Shown piece by piece: positions 56,001-64,000 of a stretch of DNA of 64,000 nucleotides; the first letter of the stretch is position 1; each line of letters opens with the position of its first letter. Origin of the DNA: Isurus oxyrinchus (Eukaryota); assembly GCA_026770705.1 (NCBI GenBank), contig JANJGN010000034.1:6076001-6140000 (forward strand), given 5' to 3'. A program made the translations under genes and the position numbers. Under the pieces are notes generated by a model, which searched no databases, was not told where the DNA came from, and saw nothing but the letters and a program-made list of their open reading frames with translations.

Positions 56001-59000
56001 AATTGTTTGTAATTTCCATATTCAAGAAAGGGCCAAAACATCTTCTTGTAATTATCTTCTTAAAATATGGGCTGGAAAATAATGGAATAGCTATTCAATA
56101 ATGTAATAGAAGAACAACTATCATGGTTAATAAGATTCACACACGCAGACACACAGAGAAACCCATATAACATGCCCATACATATGTGTGAACACATGGG
56201 TGGAAATAATGGCGGTGCAGTGTCCAGTTTTTCAAATGCTCTTGAATAAGCTTTTCCAGTGTGCATCAATGAATTAGATGCGATAATGTGGAGTCAGGAG
56301 ACAAGAGACGGGATGGAATGCTTCACTGGCTTCAAGTTGTAAAACAGAGACTGAGAGTAAAGGTGGGTTACTCAGAGTGGCAGAAGGTGAACGTGGTTCT
56401 GCACAATGATTTTTGCTGCCTCTATTGCTATTTAGTATTCCTTTTAACAACTTTGATTGTGGAGTCAGAAACTCCATTTGTAAATTTGTGGCGTTCAGTA
56501 AAATGGGGAGAATGTCAAAACAGAGGTGCATTACAACAAATTGATGAAGACATTGTTAAGCTTCGAGAAAGGCCGAACAATTGAAAATGAAGTCGAATAC
56601 AGATTTGTGTAAGGCATTACGTTTTGATAGGAAGTAAACTTGTTTTTTGTTCTGAAACGTGAACGTCTAGCCAAGATTCAGGAAATTAGGGGTCCCGGTC
56701 TACAAAAGCAGCAATCCCTAAAAGATTCGTCGCTGGTGAGAAAGTTCACAAAAACAGAACAAACACGATACTTAGTTTCTGCAGGGATGTAATTTCAGGT
56801 GCTGAAATACATCGGGAATTCCGCAAAAACTCGTCTTTACCGAAATGAATAGCATTGACGCATTCATGGGGAAGCTACATAAACATATCAGAGAAGATGA
56901 TAGTGGCTTCCAATGATAAATTTAGGAGAGGAAATATAGAAGGAATTTCAAGTGAAGCTTTAGCGCTTGATGGACTGAGATATCTCTTTCTGTGTTGTAC
57001 ATCCTAATCATAACTGCAGTAAATTAAATAACCTAATTCATATTTAAACAAGGCAGATGAATCTACTACTGTTTCTATATGTAATGTATATAACTGTGTA
57101 GAGTTAGGTAAATAAATTAATGACTGAAATTGCAGCTCGGCAAACAAAGAAAGTTATCTCTGCAAAAAGTTAAAATTGTTGGCAATTTGTTCCGTAATTT
57201 GAATAAAACCAGATGAACTGACATAATCCTACTCTTTCCAACGGGACTGCTGGGAGAATTGAAAAATACATCGCCCATCTAATGTGTCATTGCAGCGCTA
57301 ATTTATAGAGCCTTTCTGCACAAAGCCCGATGTAATTATTTCACTTTTATCCAGTTAAACATTGTGTTATGTCGGAAAAAAATGTCTTCATGTTTTACTT
57401 TTCCTTAGAGCTCTATGACCTACAGCAAAAGTGCAGTAAGTATTGGCTCCTGCGGTGATTTATTATTTATTTCTGCCGAGTTATTTCAACTTCCTGAGCA
57501 TGTATTTTTGTGCTGGCCTCCCGTTGTAATTCTGGAATCGTGGGCTAAAAATCCCCCAAGAACCATCTCCGAAGCAATTGTACCAAGTTTCACTTTCGGA
57601 AGTTCTTGCACTGAGTTCAAGATGTTACTCGGTTTACAGATCGACAGAGGCCAATGCTTTGCCAAAAGTTGAAATCTTCTCCGTTCAAATCCGCTGTTAC
57701 ATCATCGAAACAGCTGCTGTAATTGAAACATTTACTGTAAATCTCCAAGAGATTTTATGAGAGATGTTAAACATGCTGTGCAATTGAATCCCGTCTTCCT
57801 TTAAATTGGAATGCTGAAGTACAGTTGTTTTGCAGATACAGGGGTTCAGTGGCAAGATGCTGGATTCCTCCCCCGCCTCCCACGATGCACTTGCTCAACT
57901 TGCAGATTATTTATACTCGACGTGATTGAACCTGCAGACATTTTAGACGACTAACCTACAACAAACACGTCCCATTTAAATGAGAACTCTGTGTTGGCCC
58001 TTGCAGGACAAGCATAGAAAGGGATCAGTGACTTGGCGGGTTAAATTTGGAGATGGAGATTTAATTTTTGAAGACGTACATTTGCATTGCCGTATAAATA
58101 GGAAGGCAGATCGTAAAAAGCAGATTCCTGCTTATTTCATTTATCCCACCTGACCTATTGCAAGGATGTCTTGAATGTACACTTCTGGTGACATAAATAG
58201 AGTAACAGAGCTATCGGAGAAAATGCAATAAGCATTAAAATTCCTATCAGAACTGAAACGGTTTTGATGTTCTTACGAGTCGGCATAGTGAATATTATTG
58301 CACTCATGGTATTGGATGAGAAGGGGCGTAAACAGTGAATGTATATGATAGTCCGTAACAGATCAAATATGGGTTACATAAATGCACCTTCACTTATTGA
58401 GTGGCTCAAACATGAATTTTCTCATTGCAGGCAACAGTCGTGCCTGATAACATACACACATGTAAAGGGAGAATGACGCACAGAAACATATAAACCAAAT
58501 TATTCATAGGGATAGAGACTGGCAGAAGGATGCTCATCTGATACCTTAACACTGATATTGTGGAATTGAACTGACCGTCCTGCTTATTTATTGTTACTAA
58601 TTCCACGTAACTCTAGAACCAAAAAAAGCAGAAATGTTATCCCTTTTAGCAACGTTTTGTCACTCCCACTCACTCCGACACAACCGCCCATCACCCCAAC
58701 CCTCCTCCCTTAACCCTAATGTGGTCCTGGACACAAGTCTCTTCAGGGCCTGAAAGAGGAGTGCCAATTGCTCCATGCTTAAAGGTCCTGCCCAAAAATA
58801 CGCATTACTTGGACTTTCATAACTCACCCTGCAGCGATTGAAATCATCTTCTACTAATGAATATAACAACTCAGCCACAGTATGCGCTCCACTAGTGTCT
58901 GTAACAGGCCAATGGTTTAACTATTCATGTAATTCTTACAGAAGCTGATCTCGACCAAAAAGAAGAGGGTAACGTACAATCATCAAACGTGCTGTATTTC

Positions 59001-62000
59001 GTTTCAATTGTATTTCCTATTGGCCGCATGTAAGGGAAATAGTTGCACTTAATGACAGTGGACACAGTGTCCAGAACACTCACTTGTTACTTGGGAGGTT
59101 GTTGCAACCTAGTTCTGCATATGAGGCCTCAGCATGAAACTTCTGCTACCACTCCGCGTGAATGTTTACATGGCTATACTGCCCAGTCAAATATTGAAAC
59201 TTTCAGGTGAAGTATTAAACTGTAATCATTCAACTATACTATAGCATTGCTATAAGCAGCGGACTGCCAATATATCCCCAAAATAAAATAACTGTGTCTT
59301 AGCACTGTGTTCCTCGGAAGAACCATTGCAAGGAAATTATCGGTATAATATCGCTTTCAGTCTTTTCGGAGCTCGCTCTGTGTAAAATAACTTGCATTTT
59401 CTGTATTATTAGCTGGAATGCATTTCCAAATGTGGGTCAGGCAAAGTTGCATGTCCTGAGAATGTGACGGGCACCACAACAATTGTCACACACACCTGAA
59501 ATGAAGCAAGAATGGTTGATGTGCCAGCATGCCAACAGTAATGACAACGTAACTGAGGCGACTTCTGAGGGGAAATAGTGATATTTGATTGCTAAAATGA
59601 CATTCCACTTGTTTATTTTGCAAAATTGACAGAGTTCGCAAAGAAAATTGGAGAACTAGGTGAGTAATGGAAAAAAAGATGTGAAAACATTGCTTGTTTT
59701 TGGGGTTCACTTGAAATTTTGCTTGCTTTCCTCATGGCAAATGGAATGTTTAGACAAAGGTTAATAGGAAACCAAGTCCAACGTTAAGTACCTTCATGTC
59801 ACAATCAATATCAGAGAAAGGGCCAGCGGTTCCAATCCTGGCGATGTCAGATTAACCCGTTGTGAGATCAGATATTATCAACTCGTGTATGCTGAGAACA
59901 AGTCTTAGTGCCACTCGGTTTGTGTGGGAGGTCTGTTTTGAGGATGGGTGGAGAGTGCGGTGTTATCCCTTGATAATCTTAGATTTGTTTGATTGTGAGT
60001 GCTACTGATCTAAGTCAGAAATAAATTATATCTGTTTGTGATCGATCGGGCTTTGCTGAAATGTAATATGCTTTTCAACATGTGTGTGTGGTCAGCTCTT
60101 TCCGGGGTTAAGTTTTATTTTGATTACTTTCTCATGAGATGTGGGCGTGGCGCCTAAAAGTCCCTTCTTTCTTGCCTATCCTAATTGCTTTTGAAATGGC
60201 CCTCTTGCAATACATAAACATTGCCAATTAGAGGAGATATGCTTCCCTGAACTGAAACGGCAGAATTGATTCTATGTCCCATTGCCTGGAGGAGCTTTCA
60301 ATTCCTGATTAATTAATTGAACTTAAATTCTACAAACTGCCATGCTTGAACCCATGTCTCAGAGCTTAGCTCGAAGGAGAATCAAAATTTAGCAGACGCA
60401 CTTTCAAAATAATGTATCTTCCAGTAAAGACAGAGTTTTTCTTTCACTGAATCGTTAATACTGCAAGTCAATACTGCAGGGGACAGTGCAGGCTGTGGCA
60501 TCTTAACCTACGAGGCAATTAATTCCTATGGGGATGATAATGAAGTAAAAACAAAAAAGAACTGCTGAGGTTGGGAATCAGACATGAAACAGAAAATGCT
60601 GGTAAAACATAGCCGGTCTGGGAGCATCTGTGGAGAGAGAAAGGGGGGCTAAGTTTTGAATCCATACGGCTCTTTTTCACAGCTAGTTATGGTGTTAATT
60701 CAGGGAAGGGGATTTAAGGCACAACCAGATTAGTTATATTCTTGTGGAATGAAGGGGAAGATTAGAGGGGCCAAAAGGCCTAATTCTGCTATATTTTCTT
60801 ATGTTTTTACGTTGTTAAGGAGTGACATCACCATTTGTCCTTTGTCAAAAATACACCTCGACAAAATCTGTACCAGCTCCATTGGATTGATAATTATGAA
60901 TACCTAGTTCCAATCACAAGAATCTCAGTGTTTTACTCGCTTATCCAGACTGCTGAAAACACTGTATTATTCAGGGTGAACAAAGCACAGTACATGAAGA
61001 GTAAAGACCTTAAACTTTACTTTTGTTAGGATAACAATAATAGGAGCGACCAGTCATTGATCAACAGTAAAAGGAATAGAGAGTTGTAAAGTTTGCTTTG
61101 GGATGTCTGATACCGAATTGCAGATCACTTTTTTATGCTGAGTGACATTGCACATCTGATAACTTTTCTATTGCTTATAATTCTTTTACCGATTCACAGA
61201 AAATATAAACAAGAGTAAGTATACGTATGTTACAGAAACTCAACTTTAATGCAAGATAAATAGCTTGCCCTAAAATTTCATCCCTTTTGGAATCGGGCCA
61301 ATATCCCGTCGAGTATCTTGCCTGATGTCGAATATAGTGTTATTTCCATTTTTCACGTCCCTTTGTGACATCCCCCTTCCCCATCTGTGTAACATTCCAG
61401 AGCTCAAAAATCTTTTTTAATCCACGTAATTTGCTTCCCAAATTTCCGATTTGGCATTTTCCCAGTCCCCACCTCTACACGTTTAAGACACACCCTTAGA
61501 ACTGTGCCTCAGAGTGGTCAGTCTTGAAACTTTTCATAATATTTCTCAACCTGTTGCTGTGGTTCTGTTACTATTTGATCGAAACTGATGTATGTTTCTG
61601 CCTTCTTCGTTGTTATCTGTAAAAGTATATTATCCTCTTCAGCCAAATCCGAGGAAGGCTCATATCGCGTGAAGGCCCCCAGGAGACTTTGGAGTCGAGT
61701 AAACATGAGCCAGGATGTGACCTCTTCCAAAAGCGTAGCTTTTTAAGGGAACCTGGATGTCTGATAAAACACACACCTGATGGACTTAAAGATTCATATT
61801 GCTTCTGTCCATCTTGCAGAGTTAGGCACCTGCCAAGATACCATAAAAGATTTAGGTGAGCCAATCAGTTTTGATGTCTGCTGAATTTCCAGACCGTTTG
61901 TTTAATTCTTAAATCAAGCAAAGCTCCAAGTGTTTCTACAGCACAACGAGAAAGAACGATCCTGGAGCATTAATGTTTTTTTTTTAAATATGTTGAACTT

Positions 62001-62827
62001 TAAAGCAATGACAGATTTGTTGTGTATGGGGAGTAGAAATGTCAATCATTGTTTTTGTGCAAAGCTCGGTCAGAAGCTTGGCAATTGACTTTATGGATTT
62101 TTCATTGTTCAGAATGATTAACGTAGATCATCTCTTGGATAAAAAATGGCCTGCGTTGGAGCACCAGTTGCTGGCATTCAATAAACTGACTTATGTAGGG
62201 TCACGTGTGTATTCAGTTGCACTGACTACAATGGAATTACGTACTTGCGCTGGGTATATAATCTTCCCTCTCTACGAAATCGCACATTTTGCGTGGCTAC
62301 CACAAATTGAAATTCATCGTGCAGAGCCTGGTTAATGTGAATGGTTGATGTATATGATATGGAATCAGCACTCGCCGTCACATTTTGCCAGTTTCAATTG
62401 TTGTTGGCTTTAAGATAAAAAAAAAGACCTTGATCCTTTTCATGGAAAGGTTGATCAAAAGAACGATTATGTAATCTTAGGAATGTGGCTTCATTTACGT
62501 TATCTCCTTGCTTCATGTTGTTCTTTTCCCGCCGATAGCGCCACTGCAAAGTGAAGAGGAAAACTTCACCATTCATTCTTGTTTGCGCAAAAAGAAAGGT
62601 AGCAGGTTGCCAGCTAGCAGCGAATAAATGGCTGTTGTAAACTTTCCATGAGCTGTTCCACACATTTTCAGTGTGTTCCACGTGCACAAGGAGATTTACG
62701 TTTGCTCTGCACTGTCGGCCAACTGCAGAACAGTTTGATTTTCAGTGAAATCTTTTCTGCGGTAGGTCAAGCATTCGTTCATTTTGTTATTTATTCTTGA
62801 TTTGTTTCACAGAGAAATTAAAAAAAG
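347..62827 (+). CDS. Interior of a large multi-microexon gene encoding a long Cys-containing coiled coil (34 exons, 927 coding nt, ~309 aa in window; both ends outside the window)
   Basis: 34 AG/GT-flanked segments of 15/27/36 nt, all phase 1-1, that join into an uninterrupted frame with a heptad pattern. Lengths and splice dinucleotides are conserved in all copies, while the flanks carry many indels. Confidence 0.85.
1865..1891 (+). CDS. Microexon e2, copy 1 (27 nt): KADLDQKDE
   Basis: ctcttgcag|AAGCT...TGAGG|gtaaag; only synonymous changes versus copy 2. Confidence 0.85.
2575..2601 (+). CDS. Microexon e3, copy 1 (27 nt; possibly ancestrally 36 nt from 2566): EFAKTIGEL
   Basis: caag|AATTC...ATTAG|gtgagt; acceptor position ambiguous. 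Confidence 0.7.
   Translation, partial: NSPRQLEN
3085..3330 (-). mobile_element. Degenerate tRNA-derived SINE with LINE-like tail (also ~32610-32850 and ~60135-60370)
   Basis: ttgcctatcctaactgcctttgaa ... ttgaatttaaattcgacaaactgccatgctcgaaaccatgtctcagtgcatt resembles the reverse complement of a common elasmobranch SINE (recalled). Confidence 0.5.
3380..3785 (+). mobile_element. CR1-type LINE 3' end, interrupted by a probable Penelope-like terminal fragment (~3510-3650); shared by all three copies
   Basis: gaggggccaaatggcctacttctgctatattttgttatgt is a CR1-type tail; ggtctggcagcatctgtggagagagaaag is a motif of a common shark repeat. Confidence 0.6.
4165..4179 (+). CDS. Microexon e4, copy 1 (15 nt): ENVKK
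   Basis: ttcacag|AAAATGTAAAGAAGG|gtatgt. Confidence 0.8.
4766..4801 (+). CDS. Microexon e5, copy 1 (36 nt): ELGTCQDSVKDL
   Basis: ctcccccttgcag|AGCTA...TTTAG|gtgagc. Confidence 0.9.
5765..5779 (+). CDS. Microexon e6, copy 1 (15 nt): DKLKK
   Basis: ttttcttcacag|ATAAATTAAAAAAAG|gtaagt. Confidence 0.85.
6500..7200 (+). mobile_element. Decayed RTE-clade LINE ORF2 C-terminal remnant (also ~36100-36760 and ~63600-64000)
   Basis: Copy 3 translates to AFGQLRKRAFE...KLMICYLGLIPTLL, matching the RTE post-RT pattern AFGRLRKRVF...TKL.VY...TLLY; frameshifted. Confidence 0.7.
7640..8450 (-). mobile_element. Decayed CR1 LINE fragment (also ~37270-38050)
   Basis: Copy 2 minus frame gives VKTLERVESVFMRMFPEI, similar to CR1 ALERVQRRFTRMIPG. 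Confidence 0.7.
8521..8556 (+). CDS. Microexon e7, copy 1 (36 nt): ELSDCQQAVKDL
   Basis: ttacag|AGCTA...CCTAG|gtgagc; paralog of e5. Confidence 0.85.
8970..8996 (+). CDS. Microexon e8, copy 1 (27 nt): EEKLIAKEK
   Basis: aaacag|AAGAA...GAAAG|gtacct. Confidence 0.8.
9385..9670 (+). mobile_element. Degenerate tRNA-headed SINE with RTE-like tail (also ~38995-39280)
   Basis: gccagaagctctgcattcaagtc is a B-box-like head; gaaagcaacctcaaatgactgccgtaatttgccaag resembles the RTE-related gaaggcaatggcaaaccactccagtattcttgcc motif. Confidence 0.45.
10556..10591 (+). CDS. Microexon e9, copy 1 (36 nt): EILTCHVSLKDS
   Basis: cattccag|AGATT...TTCAG|gtggga; paralog of e5/e7. Confidence 0.8.
11600..11626 (+). 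CDS. Microexon e10, copy 1 (27 nt): ETKLKGKEK
   Basis: ccttgacag|AAACA...AAAAG|gtagcc. Confidence 0.8.
12828..12854 (+). CDS. Microexon e11, copy 1 (27 nt): ELNDIQQKC
   Basis: ctttctgtcttag|AATTG...GTGCA|gtgagt; paralog of e1. Confidence 0.88.
13070..13360 (+). mobile_element. SacSINE1/DeuSINE-like SINE, 5' and central part (also ~42725-42990)
   Basis: cctctgatcagaaggttgcgaattcaagtcc...gctgacac...gtgcagtcctca...gatgtcctgg...ttaccccttaa follows the recalled SacSINE1 order of motifs. Confidence 0.6.
13880..14260 (+). mobile_element. CR1 LINE 3' end (also ~43520-43910)
   Basis: gttaaggtaattg...atgagggagata...cagcgagtg...gagagatccggcattggctcgatgtgtcgaatggtct matches the CR1 3' region. Confidence 0.65.
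14268..14590. repeat. Compound microsatellite (CT)n plus (GATA)n; the copy 2 equivalent at ~43918-44180 has (CT)n, (CTAT)n, (AT)n and (GATA)n
   Basis: Direct reading. Confidence 0.95.
15680..18345 (+). mobile_element. Decayed long CR1-group non-LTR retrotransposon (RT region, 3' tail with A-run)
   Basis: ORF 17094-17480 carries NYRPISIL...QLGFR...LDIKVEFGRFFH...KLESMGMRGRTLRW, i.e. RT motifs; many stops and frameshifts; ends gggatgggcaataaatg...aaaaaaaa. Confidence 0.9.
19575..19950 (+). mobile_element. SacSINE1/DeuSINE-like SINE body and 3' tail abutting exon e12 (also ~47735-48118)
   Basis: ttgcctgtgggagcc...tgtgtgaactggctgc...gctgcaaagcattctt...gtcatgacaggcgctgtcgaaacgcaaatttt resembles the Deu-domain and tail. 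Confidence 0.6.
19959..19985 (+). CDS. Microexon e12, copy 1 (27 nt): TEDLWDKDS
   Basis: tctctcttgcag|CAGAA...TTCAG|gtaaac; paralog of e2. Confidence 0.85.
20020..20190 (+). mobile_element. SINE 5' fragment with tRNA-like head (also ~48190-48360)
   Basis: tggctcagccggtaacactc...gtttcaa...ggctgacact...aagatgttaaa. Confidence 0.5.
20588..20623 (+). CDS. Microexon e13, copy 1 (36 nt): EINNLQTKVQKC
   Basis: cttcttttcag|AAATA...ATGCG|gtgagt. Confidence 0.88.
22474..22500 (+). CDS. Microexon e14, copy 1 (27 nt): EENLKAIEK
   Basis: ccttcgacag|AAGAG...AAAAG|gtactg; identical in copy 2. Confidence 0.85.
23250..23640 (-). mobile_element. L2-type LINE 3' end (also ~51360-51745)
   Basis: acaacttccacatatatagcacc ... 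gaggccatcgacggatttgtaacaa resembles the reverse complement of an L2 3' tail. Confidence 0.55.
24340..25500 (-). mobile_element. Two adjacent CR1 LINE 3' fragments (also ~52460-53560)
   Basis: Copy 2 ORF 52961-53245 AHLECHGHYWPSY...NALETLKRRSTRPIPGIVGLSYDGRLDRIDLYSI matches the CR1 ORF2 C-terminus. Confidence 0.8.
26900..29460 (+). mobile_element. Heavily decayed CR1 LINE with a nested minus-strand CR1 tail (~27940-28230); also ~54480-57010
   Basis: Copy 2 ORF 56288-56584 WLQVVKQRLRVKVGYSEWQKV resembles CR1 RT WL..RKQRV...YS.WQKV.SGVPQG; aattataggccagccatcat resembles NYRPVSL. Confidence 0.7.
29855..29881 (+). CDS. Microexon e1, copy 2: EFYDLQQKC
   Basis: ttttccttag|...|gtaagt, 27 nt. Confidence 0.85.
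31403..31429 (+). CDS. Microexon e2, copy 2: KADLDQKDE
   Basis: ctcttgcag|...|gtaaag, 27 nt. Confidence 0.85.
32115..32141 (+). CDS. Microexon e3, copy 2: EFTRKIAEL
   Basis: ctag|...|gtgagt, 27 nt. Confidence 0.7.
   Translation, partial: NSPGKLQN
33696..33710 (+). CDS. Microexon e4, copy 2: ENVKK
   Basis: ttcacag|...|gtatgt, 15 nt. Confidence 0.8.
34323..34358 (+). CDS. Microexon e5, copy 2: ELGTCQNTVKDL
   Basis: ccttgcag|...|gtgagc, 36 nt. Confidence 0.9.
35306..35320 (+). CDS. Microexon e6, copy 2: DKVKK
   Basis: tttcacag|...|gtaagt, 15 nt. Confidence 0.85.
38129..38164 (+). CDS. Microexon e7, copy 2: ELSNCQLSVKDL
   Basis: ttacag|...|gtgagc, 36 nt. Confidence 0.85.
38585..38611 (+). 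CDS. Microexon e8, copy 2: EEKLNAKEK
   Basis: gaacag|...|gtacct, 27 nt. Confidence 0.8.
40166..40201 (+). CDS. Microexon e9, copy 2: EILTCQVYLKDA
   Basis: attttag|...|gtggga, 36 nt; AG retained despite an indel just upstream. Confidence 0.8.
41204..41230 (+). CDS. Microexon e10, copy 2: ETKLKDKEK
   Basis: ccttcacag|...|gtagcc, 27 nt. Confidence 0.8.
42456..42482 (+). CDS. Microexon e11, copy 2: ELNDIDQKY
   Basis: ctgtcttag|...|gtgagt, 27 nt. Confidence 0.88.
45270..46520 (+). mobile_element. Same LINE in copy 2, lacking the RT region
   Basis: Colinear with 15680-16705, then jumps to ~18107 at ~46284. Confidence 0.85.
48126..48152 (+). CDS. Microexon e12, copy 2: KIDLWDKDS
   Basis: ctctcttgcag|...|gtaaac, 27 nt. 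Confidence 0.85.
48753..48788 (+). CDS. Microexon e13, copy 2: EINYLQIKLQKC
   Basis: cattttcag|...|gtgagt, 36 nt. Confidence 0.88.
50574..50600 (+). CDS. Microexon e14, copy 2: EENLKAIEK
   Basis: ccttcgacag|...|gtactg, 27 nt. Confidence 0.85.
57409..57435 (+). CDS. Microexon e1, copy 3: ELYDLQQKC
   Basis: ttttccttag|...|gtaagt, 27 nt. Confidence 0.85.
58942..58968 (+). CDS. Microexon e2, copy 3: KADLDQKEE
   Basis: ttcttacag|...|gtaacg, 27 nt. Confidence 0.82.
59633..59659 (+). CDS. Microexon e3, copy 3: EFAKKIGEL
   Basis: ttgacag|...|gtgagt, 27 nt. Confidence 0.72.
   Translation, partial: SSQRKLEN
61200..61214 (+). CDS. Microexon e4, copy 3: ENINK
   Basis: ttcacag|AAAATATAAACAAGA|gtaagt, 15 nt. 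Confidence 0.8.
61820..61855 (+). CDS. Microexon e5, copy 3: KLGTCQDTIKDL
   Basis: atcttgcag|...|gtgagc, 36 nt. Confidence 0.88.
62813..62827 (+). CDS. Microexon e6, copy 3: EKLKK
   Basis: tttcacag|...|gtaagt, 15 nt. Confidence 0.85.
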
Positions 62828-64000
62828 GTAAGTGGAAATATGCTCGAGCAACTGAACGCGTAAATGGGTGAAAAGAAACATGAGAAAAGATGGATTCGCA
62901 GTGATTACACATTCCAATTTAAAGTAACTTTTAAATTGTCATTGTTATATGTTAATCCCTCTATGGCCTCGATCTTCCATATTGCCTTGAGAATCCTCTG
63001 GCCTTACAATTGGCTGCAAGTTTTGTGTTCCCACCACGCTGGCCTCTTTCTGATCGCGCTGTTCCTTCACCTTACCAATGGCGACTTTCGGCTTCTGCAA
63101 TATGTCCCAAAACTCTGAATTATGTTTGCTAAATCTTGCACCTCATACTCTACTTCGTCCTTTAATATTCATATATTTGCTCTGTGGTTTCCAAAGTCCA
63201 TTCCTCGTCCTCACCCCGGATTCTGGCCAACAATTAAAGTTTTGTTCAAAACATGGTGAAATGCAGTGTGGTTCGTAACGCCCTGTGGCACTTCTGTTAT
63301 TGGGACGGCCTGCTAGGAACCTTAGAAATACTCAGTGGACGATGCGCTGGCTTACATGTCCTCAGAACAAACAGGGAAATACATGGCATCTGCAGCAACA
63401 CAATGGCTCTTCTGGCCAACAAAACTGCAATTGAACCAAACCTCCAAACGTTTTAGTTTCCTGCCATTGGACCGAGGTGTCGTTCTCTAAAGACAGGCGT
63501 GGAAGGTGGTGTGAAACGGTGTCTGCATCCTAACATTTTGCCCACACGGGCATCTTTCTTTCTGAGTACATCTACCATGACATCAGGTGTCCAGCGAATG
63601 ATGGAGGGCACATTGTTGTGTTGTATCAAAACGATCACTTGACGTATGCTTGCACTGCATTTGGTCAATTGAGAAAGCGAGCATTTGAAATTCGCAACAC
63701 CAAAACTGACAGGAAACTCATGATCTGTTATTTGGGCCTGATTCCCACCTTACTCTGCAAGGCCGAATCTTCAAGATTTAAAAGGTGCAGGAGGCACCTA
63801 AGGCACTTGGTTCATACAATTAAAAGTGGCTGCAAAATAAATTGCATATAAGTGGGAGGGCAGAGATGCGGACAATGTCAGCTCTCATTTATCAAACTCC
63901 CAAAATAGTTATTGTTCTCCAAGAGGACAGACGCACCAGAGGAGGGCGGAGGACGATCTTAAGGGATGAGCTGAAAAGCAACATGAAGAAAATGAATTAT

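Larger units (their letters stand above)
29512..57062 (+). repeat. Tandem segmental duplication unit, copy 2 (~27.55 kb)
   Basis: Colinear with copy 1; shorter mainly through ~1.4 kb and ~0.5 kb indels. Confidence 0.95.
57063..64000 (+). repeat. Tandem segmental duplication unit, copy 3 (partial)
   Basis: Colinear with positions ~1-6935 of copy 1. Confidence 0.95.

Noticed and set aside
1-64000. Prokaryotic-type systems (CRISPR arrays, operons), rRNA/tRNA genes, or Ig/TCR segments with RSS
   Set aside because: No long ORFs, short regularly spaced repeats, intact RNA genes or V/C-domain exons were seen. The tRNA-like boxes belong to decayed SINE heads.
29512-64000. Duplication as an assembly artefact or uncollapsed haplotypes
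   Set aside because: The copies differ by roughly 15-20% with many indels, far more than expected for alleles or sequencing error.

Overview
AT-rich vertebrate genomic DNA, most likely from a cartilaginous fish (shark-type SINE and CR1/L2/RTE remnants). The window is a tandem segmental duplication with a ~27.5-29.5 kb unit: copy 1 ~1-29511, copy 2 ~29512-57062, and partial copy 3 from 57063 to the end. The copies are roughly 80-85% identical by eye, with many indels. The ORF-track entries look like noise or decayed LINE fragments. Hidden on the + strand is an array of 34 microexons (15, 27 or 36 nt; 14 per unit). All are AG/GT-flanked, phase 1-1, and free of stops and indels. Spliced in order they give one continuous ~309-aa E/K/L-rich coiled coil with periodic Cys. 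Copy 1 reads ELYDLQQKC-KADLDQKDE-EFAKTIGEL-ENVKK-ELGTCQDSVKDL-DKLKK-ELSDCQQAVKDL-EEKLIAKEK-EILTCHVSLKDS-ETKLKGKEK-ELNDIQQKC-TEDLWDKDS-EINNLQTKVQKC-EENLKAIEK and continues in frame into copies 2 and 3. No start, stop, TM or globular-domain exon was found. The window therefore appears to be the interior of a very large gene whose coiled coil grew by nested intragenic duplication. The gene was not identified. Exon coordinates were counted by hand, TE boundaries are approximate, and TE family names come from recalled consensus motifs rather than a database search.
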